64,000 nt of DNA from an uncultured delta proteobacterium (GTDB taxonomy: Bacteria; Desulfobacterota; Binatia; Binatales; Binataceae): contig CAVRVY010000004.1 of NCBI GenBank assembly GCA_963724765.1, positions 1,472,001 to 1,536,000 of the forward strand, written 5' to 3'. Below the pieces are notes generated by a model. That model had not been told where the DNA came from, searched no databases, and was given only the letters and a program-made list of their open reading frames with translations. Both the position numbers and the translations under genes were made by a program. This document shows, piece after piece, positions 49,581 to 60,044 of the stretch (positions within the stretch are counted from its first letter, which is position 1; each line of letters opens with the position of its first letter).

Positions 49581-51374
49581 TCATTGTTTATGCGGCACCA
49601 CGCTCTCGACGAATTCCCGAATCGACTCACGAATGATGCCGCCTTCGTTGGGATCGCCCTTGAACAACGTGGAGGCGAATTTTGCGGCCTGCGCCAGCGT
49701 GATATGCGGCGGCAATGGCGGCACGTCAGGATCGGTAATCGCTTCCAGCACGCAAGGACGATCGCTCGCTAGCGCTTCATCCCACGCCTGGCCTAAAGCA
49801 TCAGGTTGATCGACACGGATGCCCTTCAACCCCAGCAATTCGGCATAACGCGCGTATGGAAAATCGGGGATGTCCTGTGACGCCTCGAACTTTGGATCAC
49901 CCATCATCACCCTTAGTTCCCACGTCACCTGATTAAGATCATTGTTGTGCAGAACCAGTACGATAAGGCGCGGGTCTTTCCATTCGCGCCAGTACTTCGC
50001 GACTGTGAGCAGTCCACTGTTTCCATTCATCTGCATGGCGCCGTCGCCAACCATCGCGATCACCACGCGTTCCGGAAAAGCAAATTTTGCGGCGATGGCG
50101 TAAGGAACCCCGGGACCCATCGTGGCCAGGGTTCCAGACAAAGAGGCCATCATGCCGCGCCGTATCTTCAGGTCACGGGCGAACCAGTTGGCCGACGAAC
50201 CTGAATCGGAACTTAAGATGCAGTTATCGGGCAGCCGCGGGGAGAGCTCCCAGAACACGCGCTGGGGATTGATTGGTTTGGCTTCGCTCATCGCCCTGGC
50301 CTCGAGCACCTTCCACCATTTGGCAACCTCTTTTTCGATCGTTTCACGCCAGGATCGGTCAGCCTTCCGTTCCAGGTAAGGAAGCAATGCCTTTAGCGTC
50401 TCGTTGCTGTCGCCGACCAGGTTAACTTCGGTGGGGAATCGGATCGCCAGCATGCGGCCGTCGATATCGATTTGGACGCCGCGCGCCTGACCCTCCTTGG
50501 GCAGAAATTCGGAATATGGAAAACTGGTTCCGACCATCAAAAGCGTGTCGCACTCCATCATCATGTCGTAGCTCGGCTTGGTGCCGAGCAGCCCGATAGA
50601 TCCCGTAACAAAAGGAAGGTCGTCCGGGAGCGCCGCCTTGCCCAGCAAGGCCTTGGCAACACCGGCTCCCAGGATATCCGCGACCTCAATCACCGCATCG
50701 GTTGCCTGGAGCGCGCCTGCGCCAACTAACATCGCAACTTTTTTGCCGGCATTGAGTATTTCCGCCGCGCGTCGCAAATCCTCATCCGAAGGAATGACCC
50801 GCGGTGTCGAGTAGCCGGTGCCGGAATGGATCGTGTTATGCGCCCGGCTGGGTTCCTCTGCCTCCAGCTCTTGCAGGTCGTTTGGCACGATGATGCAGGT
50901 TACCGTGCGCTCCGCCTTGGCTATTCGAACCGCGCGATCGACCAAATGCCGAGTCTGCGCGGGGACTGAAGCCATATGGACGTATTCACCCGCCACATCT
51001 TTAAATAGTGTGGTTAGATCGACTTCCTGCTGGTAGCGTCCTCCCTGGGCCGCACGCGCCGCCTGACCCACGATAGCCACTACCGGCTGATGATCTCCCT
51101 TGGCATCGTACAAGCCATTGAGCAGATGAATCGCGCCAGGCCCGGAGGTTGCGAGACAAACGCCTACCTCGCCGGTGAACTTGGCGTGCGCACAGGCCAT
51201 GAAGGCGGCCATCTCCTCATGTCGAACCTGCACGAACTTTGGCTTGTTACCCGCGCGTTCGAGGGCGCCTAGAATGCCGTTGATACCATCGCCCGGGAAA
51301 CCGTAGATTCGGTTAATGCCCCAGTCCAAAAGACGCTTCAGAAGAAAATCGGCAACACTTTCACTCATGGACAT
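49581..51374 (-). CDS. Thiamine-pyrophosphate-requiring enzyme (pyruvate oxidase-like)
   Basis: GFPGD, RHEE.AAF.A, TSGPG, GDGAMQMNG..HNN. Confidence 0.92.
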   Translation of the reverse strand: MSMSESVADFLLKRLLDWGINRIYGFPGDGINGILGALERAGNKPKFVQVRHEEMAAFMACAHAKFTGEVGVCLATSGPGAIHLLNGLYDAKGDHQPVVAIVGQAARAAQGGRYQQEVDLTTLFKDVAGEYVHMASVPAQTRHLVDRAVRIAKAERTVTCIIVPNDLQELEAEEPSRAHNTIHSGTGYSTPRVIPSDEDLRRAAEILNAGKKVAMLVGAGALQATDAVIEVADILGAGVAKALLGKAALPDDLPFVTGSIGLLGTKPSYDMMMECDTLLMVGTSFPYSEFLPKEGQARGVQIDIDGRMLAIRFPTEVNLVGDSNETLKALLPYLERKADRSWRETIEKEVAKWWKVLEARAMSEAKPINPQRVFWELSPRLPDNCILSSDSGSSANWFARDLKIRRGMMASLSGTLATMGPGVPYAIAAKFAFPERVVIAMVGDGAMQMNGNSGLLTVAKYWREWKDPRLIVLVLHNNDLNQVTWELRVMMGDPKFEASQDIPDFPYARYAELLGLKGIRVDQPDALGQAWDEALASDRPCVLEAITDPDVPPLPPHITLAQAAKFASTLFKGDPNEGGIIRESIREFVESVVPHKQ

Positions 51375-51422
51375 ATCCTTTGGGCGAGCCTTGTTCTCGT
51401 GGTTTTGCTTCCCTATTCAGAC

Positions 51423-51438
51423 TGCAAAAGCTGTTCCA
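51423..51438 (-). promoter_or_regulatory. sigma54-type promoter
   Basis: TGGAACAGCTTTTGCA upstream of the TPP operon. Confidence 0.6.
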
Positions 51439-51657
51439 TCAGGAGCTCGGGCGCGACGTGTCACCGCATTTCGCCGCCTCCCATTACCATTGAACGTTAC
51501 GCTCATGGGCCAGATCCTCTCCAATACTTTGTTTCTATGGCGCCTATAGGCAAAGCCTATGGATTTTGCCGTTTCATTCGATCACGCACGCATGATGATC
51601 GCCCCTGCCATCGCGGCGTGATGATTGTCGACTCTTTGTAATTTGGTTCTGCGCTAA

Positions 51658-51844
51658 GTGAGGACGCGGCCACATTGATACACGCGAAGCCGCCAGAGGT
51701 GCCGGCGCGAGACCGGTCTGAAGGGGGCGCACGGTGATGGTCGCGGAACCGCGGGTTCCGACCATCAGGCGATGTCTCGACTAACTATCAACCTGGCGAT
51801 GACCGGCAAAGATATGAAAAAGCGAAAGGCCGGGCCCTAGACGG
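51658..51844 (+). mobile_element. Possible group II intron domain I relic (structured RNA fragment)
   Basis: AGGACGCGGCC (51661) pairs 9/11 with GGCCGGGCCCT (51828); GGTGCCGGC-GCGA-GACCGG-TCTGAAGG resembles IIC domain I; no domain V or RT ORF. Confidence 0.35.
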
Positions 51845-52291
51845 CTCCAGCCTTTCTGAGTCTCTGGTCGCGCGTAGGACAATGGCCTTGCTCCCGTTGC
51901 GCGACAAGTCTCTCGAATACTCTCAACATCACCACACTAATACTTGTTCGCGCTAAGGGGGAAGGTTTGCGACGGACTAAAGCTCGCGGTCGGTTCTCGG
52001 CGGAACAAAGGATGGAGCCTCGCGGCCTGGAAGGGAAGTCGGCGCGGTTCACGCCAGCGCCCTTTTAAAGGGCTGAAGTCAGGTTGGTAGTCTCGGCGCT
52101 CGCGATGGTCGCGGCGATAGTTGCCGCGTGCGTAGGGACTAACTGCTCCCATTTGCGCTCATGCGCTCGTGCGCGTTTGGCCGATGCGGATCTGACCGGC
52201 AGTTGACGCGTCAATGGACCAGCGCGAAAGATATTAAGGGTTGGGCTCATTTATAAACTACCCTCGCACCGGGCCCCCGGGAGAATAGACC

Positions 52292-52768
52292 GTGCGTAAA
52301 ACCGTAATCGATCCAGCTACCGTCCAAGCGGAGCCGCGCACCGAACCAAAATGGCTCGATCTCGAAGAGATGGCTAAAGTCGAAGTCACATCGGAGGATC
52401 CAAGCTCCCCGATTGAATCTGCCCTGGTCTCGGGGAATGGACCGGGCTGGCGCGCGGCGCAAAGAGGTAAGCAGGTCATCCGCATCATGTTCGACAAGCC
52501 AAGGCGGCTCCGCCGAATCAGACTTGAGTTTTCGGAGACCGAAATCGCGCGGACCCAGGAGTTCACTCTTCAGTGGTCGACCGAGCCAGGTGGCCCGTTC
52601 ACGGAGATCATTCGCCAGCAGTGGAGCTTCAGCCCGCAAGGCTCGACAAGTGAAATCGAAGATTATCAGGTCAACTTAGATGGCGTCTCAGTCTTGGAGC
52701 TGGCTCTCAAGCCCGACCTCACCCCGGCCAACGCATGCGCGACCTTGGCCAGGTGGCGCATGATGTAG
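52292..52768 (+). CDS. Galactose-binding-like/discoidin-fold protein
   Basis: WLDLEE.A.VEVTSED..PIESAL..GWRAA..G.Q.IR..FD.P. Confidence 0.7.
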   Translation: MRKTVIDPATVQAEPRTEPKWLDLEEMAKVEVTSEDPSSPIESALVSGNGPGWRAAQRGKQVIRIMFDKPRRLRRIRLEFSETEIARTQEFTLQWSTEPGGPFTEIIRQQWSFSPQGSTSEIEDYQVNLDGVSVLELALKPDLTPANACATLARWRMM

Positions 52769-53079
52769 CGCCACGTTGGGAAGGAGCCGCGCCACGCTTG
52801 TGGGCTCGCCTCGTGGCACGCCCCGTAGGAATTCCCCCGCGTACTCCCACGCGCCGATCATTCCGGTTGCCGCCGCGCCCAAGTAATGCGCGCGCCGTGG
52901 AAGAACGAGGTCACCTTTGGCAAACAGCGCGAAGCGGCGAGCCTCGAGCCGGGGTTGAGGATCGTAATCAGCGACGTTTTTCATTTGAATTTTGGCGCAT
53001 GGTGTCCTAAAGATCGGACAAACAAACCCAGCCTATGCGATTTGTCTCCAGGCTCTCCAAGCTGAGATGTCAACTTAGG

Positions 53080-53214
53080 ATGCCGGTTGTCCAAATCATC
53101 ACCACGGGCGGCACGATCGCGAGCCGGATCGATCCCGGCGGCGTGCAGCGGCTCGGATTGATCGAAGACGCAGGCGAGACCGATGAAAGGGATTGCGCCT
53201 GCCAGGAGAGATGA
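53080..53214 (+). pseudogene. L-asparaginase N-terminal relic
   Basis: MPVVQIITTGGTIASRIDP carries the TGGTIA active-site motif, then the ORF ends after 44 aa. Confidence 0.7.
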
Positions 53215-53216
53215 AA

Positions 53217-54644
53217 ATGTTGGACCTACTGATTCGCGGCGGTCAAGTCGTTACTCCCCAGGGCGTCGGGAAGTGGAGCGTCGGAGTCCAGGGCGAAAAG
53301 ATTGCCTTCATCGGAACCGATGAACACGCGCCCCAGGCGGGAAGAACGATTGACGCTAACGGCAAGATCGTGGTTCCGGGCGGGATCGAACCTCACGCCC
53401 ATCTCGATATCTACGACCTTACCAATCCCGACGCCGGCGTAAGCACCCTCGGTCCTGAAGAAGACACCCGTGGCATGGCGTTCGGTGGAACGACTACGCA
53501 CCTGGATTTCTGCTTCATCGAGCCGGGAATGGATATTACCCAGGGGATCGAGACACGGGCGGCGCGATGGAAGGGACAATCATATGTCGATTACTCTTTC
53601 CATGTCGGTCTGATGGGCGCGCTTCCGATTAGCGTATTCGATCAGATCGGCGATGTAATCAAGCAGGGTTTTCCGAGCTTCAAGATTTTTACCACGGATG
53701 TGATGCCGCCGCATCCCAAGCGCGTCAGGCTGCGGCTTGATATGGGGCGCGTACAGCTCGCAATGGAAAAGGTCGCGAAAAACGACGGCATCATGGTCGT
53801 GCACGCCGAGGACGACGACCTGGTCCAGTTCAATTACGAAAAGTTCGCCGCCGAGGGCAGGACCGAAGGATGGAACATGAATCTGGTCCATACCAAGCTC
53901 TCCGAGGAGCTCGCCTTCGATCGAGTCATCCGCCTGGCCCGCGCGAGCGGCGCCGGAGTGTATTTCGTACATACGTCCGCGCGTGAAGGGGTGGAGGCGG
54001 TGGCCGAGGCTCGGGGACGTAATCTGCCGATCTACTGCGAAACGTTGCATCACTATGCCTGCTTCTCGGCCGACGATTACAAAACACCCCGCGGCTTCTG
54101 CTACCACACCTATCCCTCATTGAAGGGACACGACGATAACAACGCGCTCTGGGACGGACTGATTAATGACGCGGTATCCACTACCGCGACGGACGAGTTC
54201 CCGACCTCGCTCGACCACAAGCTATCGGGCAAGCGAATTGATAACGTGACCGGCGGAAACCTGGGCGCTGAGGCACGGATGGGAATCTTCTATACCGAGG
54301 GCGTGGTGAAACGCGGGATGACTCTCCAGCGCTTTGCTGACGTGACCTCGACCAACGCGGCGCGCATCCTTGGGCTCTATCCGCGCAAGGGGGTAATCGC
54401 CGCGGGCAGCGACGCCGACATCGTGCTCATCGATCCATCGATCAAGAAGAAGCTGACCCGCGAGGACTTCCACGTGAGTGACTACAGCCCGTGGGAGGGA
54501 TGGCAGGTCGAAGGATGGCCGGTGACTACGATATTGCGCGGCAAGGTAATCGTCGAAAACAGGAAGCTCCTGGCAACCCTGGGTTATGGGCAACTCATCG
54601 CACGCAAGATGGATCCGGTCGTGCTGCGCCGTCCGGCCGCCTGA
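53217..54644 (+). CDS. Cyclic amidohydrolase (dihydropyrimidinase/hydantoinase-like)
   Basis: PHAH, GGTTT, SFKIF, VHAED, VHTS, ATDE, GSDADIV. Confidence 0.88.
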   Translation: MLDLLIRGGQVVTPQGVGKWSVGVQGEKIAFIGTDEHAPQAGRTIDANGKIVVPGGIEPHAHLDIYDLTNPDAGVSTLGPEEDTRGMAFGGTTTHLDFCFIEPGMDITQGIETRAARWKGQSYVDYSFHVGLMGALPISVFDQIGDVIKQGFPSFKIFTTDVMPPHPKRVRLRLDMGRVQLAMEKVAKNDGIMVVHAEDDDLVQFNYEKFAAEGRTEGWNMNLVHTKLSEELAFDRVIRLARASGAGVYFVHTSAREGVEAVAEARGRNLPIYCETLHHYACFSADDYKTPRGFCYHTYPSLKGHDDNNALWDGLINDAVSTTATDEFPTSLDHKLSGKRIDNVTGGNLGAEARMGIFYTEGVVKRGMTLQRFADVTSTNAARILGLYPRKGVIAAGSDADIVLIDPSIKKKLTREDFHVSDYSPWEGWQVEGWPVTTILRGKVIVENRKLLATLGYGQLIARKMDPVVLRRPAA

Positions 54645-54862
54645 GGCATCCCGGCGCGAAGAGGCCCGGGGTCGACCGCGGACTAGTCAAAATTTGCCGG
54701 CCGATCCTGGGCCGCGATGAATCATGAAAAGTTTCGAGAGATCGAGGCTCTGCTGTGTGTGGTTTGCAACCCGTGCCGAGCCTGGTGTATGCAAAGTTTC
54801 TGTCCGACTCTTGATGCACGCTTCAAGGTTTCCGGCCGATCCGGCCGGACTAGGAAGTCGCC

Positions 54863-55753
54863 ATGAGTGCCGCCAACAAACAAATTCTTTGCGGGTTTGG
54901 GATCGACGTCGACGCGGTCGCGGGCTGGCTCGGCTCCTACGGCGGCCAGGATTCCCCATTCGACATTTCGCGCGGCCTTTTCGCCGGCGAGGTGGGCACT
55001 CCACGGCTGTTGCGCCTCTACGACCGCTACAAGATCAAGACTTCCTGGTTTATCCCGGGCCATTCGATCGAAACCTTCCCCGAGCAGATGCGCGAGGTCG
55101 CGCAAGCGGGCCACGAGATCGGTGCACATGGCTATTCGCATGAAAATCCGGTCTCGATGACCCCGCGCCAGGAAGAGGACGTGCTTGCGCGATCGATCGA
55201 TCTGATCCATAAACTTAGCGGCCGCAATCCGCGCGGCTTTGTCGCGCCGTGGTGGGAGATGTCCTCCGTCACCGCCGAGTTACTGCTCAAATTTGGTTTT
55301 CGTTACGACCACAGCCAGGGCCACAACGACTTTCAGCCCTACTATGCACGGGTCGGCGAAAGCTGGACCAAGGTGGATTACTCCAAGTCCGCGGCGCAGT
55401 GGATGAAGCCGCTGAAGCGGGGGAAAGCCGTCGACTTGGTGGAGATTTCGGCCAACTGGTACCTCGACAATCTTCCGCCGATGATGTTCATCAAGGCCTC
55501 ACCCAATAGCCACGGCTTCGTCAACCCGCGCGATATCGAACAGTTGTGGCGCGATCAGTTCGACTGGGTATACCGCGAATACGAATGGGCGATATTTCCA
55601 CTGACTATTCATCCGGACGTATCGGGCCGCCCGCAGGTGCTTATGATGCTCGAGCGGCTAATCGAATACATCAGTGGACATTCAGGCGCGCGCTGGTGCA
55701 CGATGGAAGAAATGGCGGAAGAGTTCCGGCAGCGCCATCCGTTCAAGGGCTGA
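54863..55753 (+). CDS. Polysaccharide deacetylase family (PuuE/H. pylori PgdA-like)
   Basis: [39 protein letters not shown]. Confidence 0.9.
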   Translation: MSAANKQILCGFGIDVDAVAGWLGSYGGQDSPFDISRGLFAGEVGTPRLLRLYDRYKIKTSWFIPGHSIETFPEQMREVAQAGHEIGAHGYSHENPVSMTPRQEEDVLARSIDLIHKLSGRNPRGFVAPWWEMSSVTAELLLKFGFRYDHSQGHNDFQPYYARVGESWTKVDYSKSAAQWMKPLKRGKAVDLVEISANWYLDNLPPMMFIKASPNSHGFVNPRDIEQLWRDQFDWVYREYEWAIFPLTIHPDVSGRPQVLMMLERLIEYISGHSGARWCTMEEMAEEFRQRHPFKG

Positions 55754-55790
55754 TCCGAATCGCCTCACGCAAGAACCAATGGAGGCCGCG

Positions 55791-56192
55791 ATGAGCTCAG
55801 GAAAGTTCCCGGCCGAATACTACAAGGACATGGTGGTAAATAGGTACTTTGGCAAGGTCGATCGCAAAGACCTGGGCGGGGTCTTGCGCACCTTCGCTCC
55901 GGGCGCGGCCTTCACTATACAGTCCGCCTTCACCACACATGAAGGTCGCGACACCGGGATCAGGAAGATGTTCGAGAACCTGTTCGAGAACTACAAGATC
56001 ATCGTGCACAAGGATTTCACGCACATAGTGGACGTCGAGAGCAACGCCTGCTCGGCGCAGTTCAACGTCGAGCTGACCGATCCGGCCGGCAAACTTACCA
56101 AGCTGAGCAATTGCAAGTTTTTCTACCTGGACGACGCCGGCAAGTTCAAGCGCGTGTGCGTATACATGAGCGGGCCGAATGTGCTGGTCTGA
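55791..56192 (+). CDS. SnoaL-like NTF2 family protein
   Basis: YFGKVD..D, F..H..F.H.VD; GGAGG RBS. Confidence 0.75.
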   Translation: MSSGKFPAEYYKDMVVNRYFGKVDRKDLGGVLRTFAPGAAFTIQSAFTTHEGRDTGIRKMFENLFENYKIIVHKDFTHIVDVESNACSAQFNVELTDPAGKLTKLSNCKFFYLDDAGKFKRVCVYMSGPNVLV

Positions 56193-56238
56193 TCCGCCGC
56201 AAGGCGCACTTCAAATAAGTTGCGCTTCAAAGGGAGCG

Positions 56239-57231
56239 TCAGCCGGCACCCGCGCGCAACGTCTCGACCACACCCGCCATCGAATCCGGGCCGCTTTCGA
56301 CCGGCATCAGGATCGGCAGGGCAATCCCGGAGCGCCGATACTCGGCGATTCGTGCCCGCAGGTCGGTCGCAGTCCCAGAGGCGGTCAACGCGGCCACCAT
56401 CTCATCAGGAATAGCGGCCAGCGTGCGCTCGGTGTCGCCGCGCCTTGACGCCTCGACGATCGCATCCACGGCGGCGTCGAATCCTGCCTCCCTTGCAACG
56501 CGCTGGTAGCGCGGAAAATAACCCATGTAGAAGGCCAGCACCGGACGCACACGGTCGTAGGCGGTCTTGCGGTCTCGGGCAACACTCGCGGGCAGGAGCG
56601 AGGCGATTTCGATTTCCTTGGCGCTGCGCCCGGCGCGCGCGGCTCCGGCGGATAGGTGCTCGGCGGCGGCGCGCGTGGAATCGGGCGTGCTGAACACCAT
56701 CAGAAGGCCCTGAGCGATTTCGCCGCAGAGGCCGAGCATCTGCGGAAACAACGCGGAAAGATAAATCGGCACCGAAGTGTGGGCCGGTTTGAACCATAGA
56801 TCGAAATGCTCGATGGTGATGGTCTTGCCGCGAAAGGAGACCGCGCCATCGCGCAGCAGCGCACGAACCACCTCCACGGTCTCGCGCACGCGCGTCACCG
56901 GCTCGGTGTAGTGGACGCCGTGCTCGACTTCGACCTGGACCTTGTGGCTGGAGCCAAGGCCGAGCACGAAGCGGCCGTTGGAAAAATGATCGATACACGC
57001 CGCGGCCATCGCGATCGTCGGCGCGGTGCGTACGAAGACGCTGCTGATCGCCGTGCCCAGGCGCATCCGCGTGGTTGCGAGCGCGATCGCCGTCAGCAGC
57101 GAGAACTGGTCGCCGCCATGGCCTTCGACGACCCAGGCCGATTCGTATCCGGTTTGTTCGGCGAGCCGCGCGCATTCGACCGTGTCGGCGGGTGACAGCC
57201 CTGAGCCCAGAGCGATACCGAGGCGTTCCAC
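56239..57231 (-). CDS. LLM-class (Mer-like, possibly F420-dependent) oxidoreductase
   Basis: AWVVEGHG, LGTAI, SNGRFVLGLG. Confidence 0.88.
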   Translation of the reverse strand: MERLGIALGSGLSPADTVECARLAEQTGYESAWVVEGHGGDQFSLLTAIALATTRMRLGTAISSVFVRTAPTIAMAAACIDHFSNGRFVLGLGSSHKVQVEVEHGVHYTEPVTRVRETVEVVRALLRDGAVSFRGKTITIEHFDLWFKPAHTSVPIYLSALFPQMLGLCGEIAQGLLMVFSTPDSTRAAAEHLSAGAARAGRSAKEIEIASLLPASVARDRKTAYDRVRPVLAFYMGYFPRYQRVAREAGFDAAVDAIVEASRRGDTERTLAAIPDEMVAALTASGTATDLRARIAEYRRSGIALPILMPVESGPDSMAGVVETLRAGAG

Positions 57232-57239
57232 GGCGGCGC

Positions 57240-57878
57240 TCAGGATTTCAATTCTTCGAGGTAAGCGAGCGCGTCCGCGAGCGACACCACGTCACCGTAC
57301 TTGCTATCCATGTCGAACAGATTGGCCTCGTGCGGCTCCTGCGCGCGATCGCCGACCGCCTCGTGCGGGATGATAGGCCTGAAGCCGTGCGAGAGCGCGT
57401 CGACCACGCTGGCGCGCACGCATCCGCTGGTCGTGCATCCGGTGACAATGAGCGTGTCGACACCGCGCGTGACGAGGGTCGCGGAGAGCGGCGTTCCGAG
57501 GAAGGCGGAGGCGTACTTCTTTACCAGCAGCAAATCCTCTGGAGCGCGACGAATGCGTGGATCGAGTTCGACCAGGTCCGAGCCCAGCCTGAGTTCGAGC
57601 AGGGTGGGCGCCTTCTCGGGCCACAGGCCGCCATCGCCGGGCACCTTGGGGTCGTAGCCGACGACGGTGAAGACGATCGGCACGCCCTTTTTTCGCGCGG
57701 CCGGGATGAGCTTGTTTATCGCCGCGACTTGCGCGTCGAGGTTGCCCGCCAGCGGCGATTTCTCGGGCGCGGTAAAGCCGATCTGCATGTCGACCACCAG
57801 CAAAGCGGGCCGTTTGCCGTAGCCGATCCGATGACCCAGGCCGCTGCGGTTATAGATTGATCGTTTGTCATCGCCCAT
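57240..57878 (-). CDS. Isochorismatase family hydrolase (N-carbamoylsarcosine/maleamate amidase-like)
   Basis: LLVVDMQ, KKYASAF, GCTTSGCVRAS, DSKYGDV. Confidence 0.9.
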   Translation of the reverse strand: MGDDKRSIYNRSGLGHRIGYGKRPALLVVDMQIGFTAPEKSPLAGNLDAQVAAINKLIPAARKKGVPIVFTVVGYDPKVPGDGGLWPEKAPTLLELRLGSDLVELDPRIRRAPEDLLLVKKYASAFLGTPLSATLVTRGVDTLIVTGCTTSGCVRASVVDALSHGFRPIIPHEAVGDRAQEPHEANLFDMDSKYGDVVSLADALAYLEELKS

Positions 57879-57932
57879 GGCGCTGCCTCCCAGCGATAGT
57901 TGCAGCCGTGCGGCCGCGGAGCGCGATCTTCA

Positions 57933-59351
57933 TCAGCCGCGCGGCTTCATCACCTGCGCGACCGGCTGCCCGAAACCCTTCTTGCCCACGATCTCGCCGT
58001 TCTCCATTGCCAACTGGCCGCGCAGGAACGTCATCACCGGAGCGCCTCTGACCTTGCGGCCTTCCCATAGTGAGTAGTCAGTGCGCCCGCGGTAACGATG
58101 CCGGCCCAGGGTGACTTCGGCCTCTGGATCGACCACAACCAGATCGGCGTCCGAGCCCACTACGATGACGCCCTTCTTGGGATAGATGCCATACATACGG
58201 GCTGCGTTCTCCGAGAGCGCGCGGGCGATCGTGACGAGATCGATCCCGCGCCGGTTCACCGCCTCGTCGAAGATCAGCGCGAGCGTGTCTGCGACTTGAT
58301 TATTGACGCCAACGCGGCAGTCCCAGAAGTCGCCGCGCTCCTTGAAACTCGCGGTGTAGGTGAGACTGTCGGTTCCGATTACCGAGAGCGTACCGTCTTT
58401 GATCCCGCGCCACAGACGATCGCGATCCTTCTGAAAGCGGATCGGCGGCTGGATCTTCCCCTTGCCGCCGGCATTGATGGCATCCATCTCGGGCGCGGTA
58501 GTCGAGAGAAAGTAAGCGATCGTTTCGCCCACGATTGGCATACCCTGGGCCTTGAGCGAAGCGATGGTATCGACGCTCTGCGCGGCGCTGATATGCACTG
58601 GATAGAGCGGGCATCCGAGTTGGTTGGCGATGAGTCCGTAAGTGTATATCTGTACGCTCTCCGCCCACTCCGGACTGCTCTCGGCCCACGCGGTGAGGTG
58701 ATCGGGCCGTCCCAGGCGCCGCAGTTCGTCGATCAGGATTCCGCGCACGAAGGGATCTTCGGCGTGGATCATCGGGAACACCGGCCGCCCGGCGGCGTTA
58801 ATCGAGCGGCAGGCCTCGTAGAAGAAAGCGGGGCTTATGCCCTCCTTGCTCATGCCGAAGCCCTCGGCCTGCTCGCCGGCATAGCCGGTGAAAAACTTGT
58901 ATGACACGCCGCCCTGGCTCGCCACCGCGGGAATCTGCTTAACCTGGTCGAGCGTGTTGACCACGCAGGTGACCTTGAAGTCACACCAGCTGCGCGACTC
59001 GCCGCACTTGACCGCGCGCGAATAAAGTTGAGGCAGCGGTTCGCGGCCGATCAGCGTCGTGGTGGCGATCGTGGTGACGCCGCCGACCAGGCATTCGCGG
59101 GTATCGAACTCGAAATCCGTGGCCATCGCGTCGTCACTGAACGAGTCGCCGCTGAGGCCGAGGTGCACGTGTGGGTCGAACAGCCCCGGCATCACGATCT
59201 TGCCCTTAAGGTCGATTTCGCGCCGCGCGCTACCCAACGTCTCCTCGGCGCCGACGCCTACGATCCGCTCGCCGGCAATCGCCACGCCGCCGCGAATTGC
59301 GCCGCTCGGAGTGACTACCAGGCCATTCTTGAGAAGCAGGTCATTAGTCAT
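57933..59351 (-). CDS. Cyclic amidohydrolase (dihydroorotase/allantoinase-like)
   Basis: DPHVH, SYKFF, IHAED, PVHIS, GTDS, GSDADLV. Confidence 0.88.
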   Translation of the reverse strand: MTNDLLLKNGLVVTPSGAIRGGVAIAGERIVGVGAEETLGSARREIDLKGKIVMPGLFDPHVHLGLSGDSFSDDAMATDFEFDTRECLVGGVTTIATTTLIGREPLPQLYSRAVKCGESRSWCDFKVTCVVNTLDQVKQIPAVASQGGVSYKFFTGYAGEQAEGFGMSKEGISPAFFYEACRSINAAGRPVFPMIHAEDPFVRGILIDELRRLGRPDHLTAWAESSPEWAESVQIYTYGLIANQLGCPLYPVHISAAQSVDTIASLKAQGMPIVGETIAYFLSTTAPEMDAINAGGKGKIQPPIRFQKDRDRLWRGIKDGTLSVIGTDSLTYTASFKERGDFWDCRVGVNNQVADTLALIFDEAVNRRGIDLVTIARALSENAARMYGIYPKKGVIVVGSDADLVVVDPEAEVTLGRHRYRGRTDYSLWEGRKVRGAPVMTFLRGQLAMENGEIVGKKGFGQPVAQVMKPRG

Positions 59352-59699
59352 ATCAAAGCTCCGTTGGTAAAGCTCCGTTGGCTATGAAGCTTTCGTCAGC
59401 ATCCCGTACCAGCGCCGGCGGCGCAAACCCGAGGTTGCGCCGCCAGCAAATGGCGCGGAACTCTCCCACCGGACCTAACGATGGATCGATTCGAGAGCGC
59501 CTGGGTCGAACAACGCCTTCAGCAGTTGCGGCGAGTACCGTTCCATCACGGGGCCTTGCTGGCGAAAGACCGTCGCACGGCCATTCTGGACGTCGATTGC
59601 GCTCAGATGCCACCAAATAACCGCGTGGGCGCCATTCATGGTTTCGGCCCAGAAGCCGGGCTTGAATGCCGTCGGCCCGCAATCTGACCTGCGATGCGT

Positions 59700-59820
59700 A
59701 TTGCTCAGTGCACCGCAGGGCGGACCGGCGGGCGGCGTCGCGGGCGCGCTGTGGGTTGCCAAACAGGCCGGCTTCGACAACGTGCTCACGCTCGATATGG
59801 GTGGCCTCGACCGACACCGA
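59700..59820 (+). pseudogene. Hydantoinase A/oxoprolinase relic
   Basis: GPAGGVAGALWVAKQAGFDNVLTLDMGG, then frameshifted (T)STD. Confidence 0.75.
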
Positions 59821-60044
59821 CCCGCAATCCGAGAGCTCGACATCGGTGGAGGAACTCAAGCGCAACTGCCAGCAGGAGACTGGCCTCCCTGCGCCACGCT
59901 GAACCGGGGCCTCAAACGCGGCTTTGATGGGTCGCGGCGCGCGGTGGCGCGGCCAGCCGTGAATTTTTGGAGCAGGCGCCGTAGGCTGGCCGGCCAGCAT
60001 GCTCCCACTCATCACAGCGCTCTCTCCACTGCGCTGAGGCGGGA

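Noticed and set aside
59353-60015. 220-aa minus-strand ORF
   Set aside because: Antisense to the hydantoinase relic; no motifs
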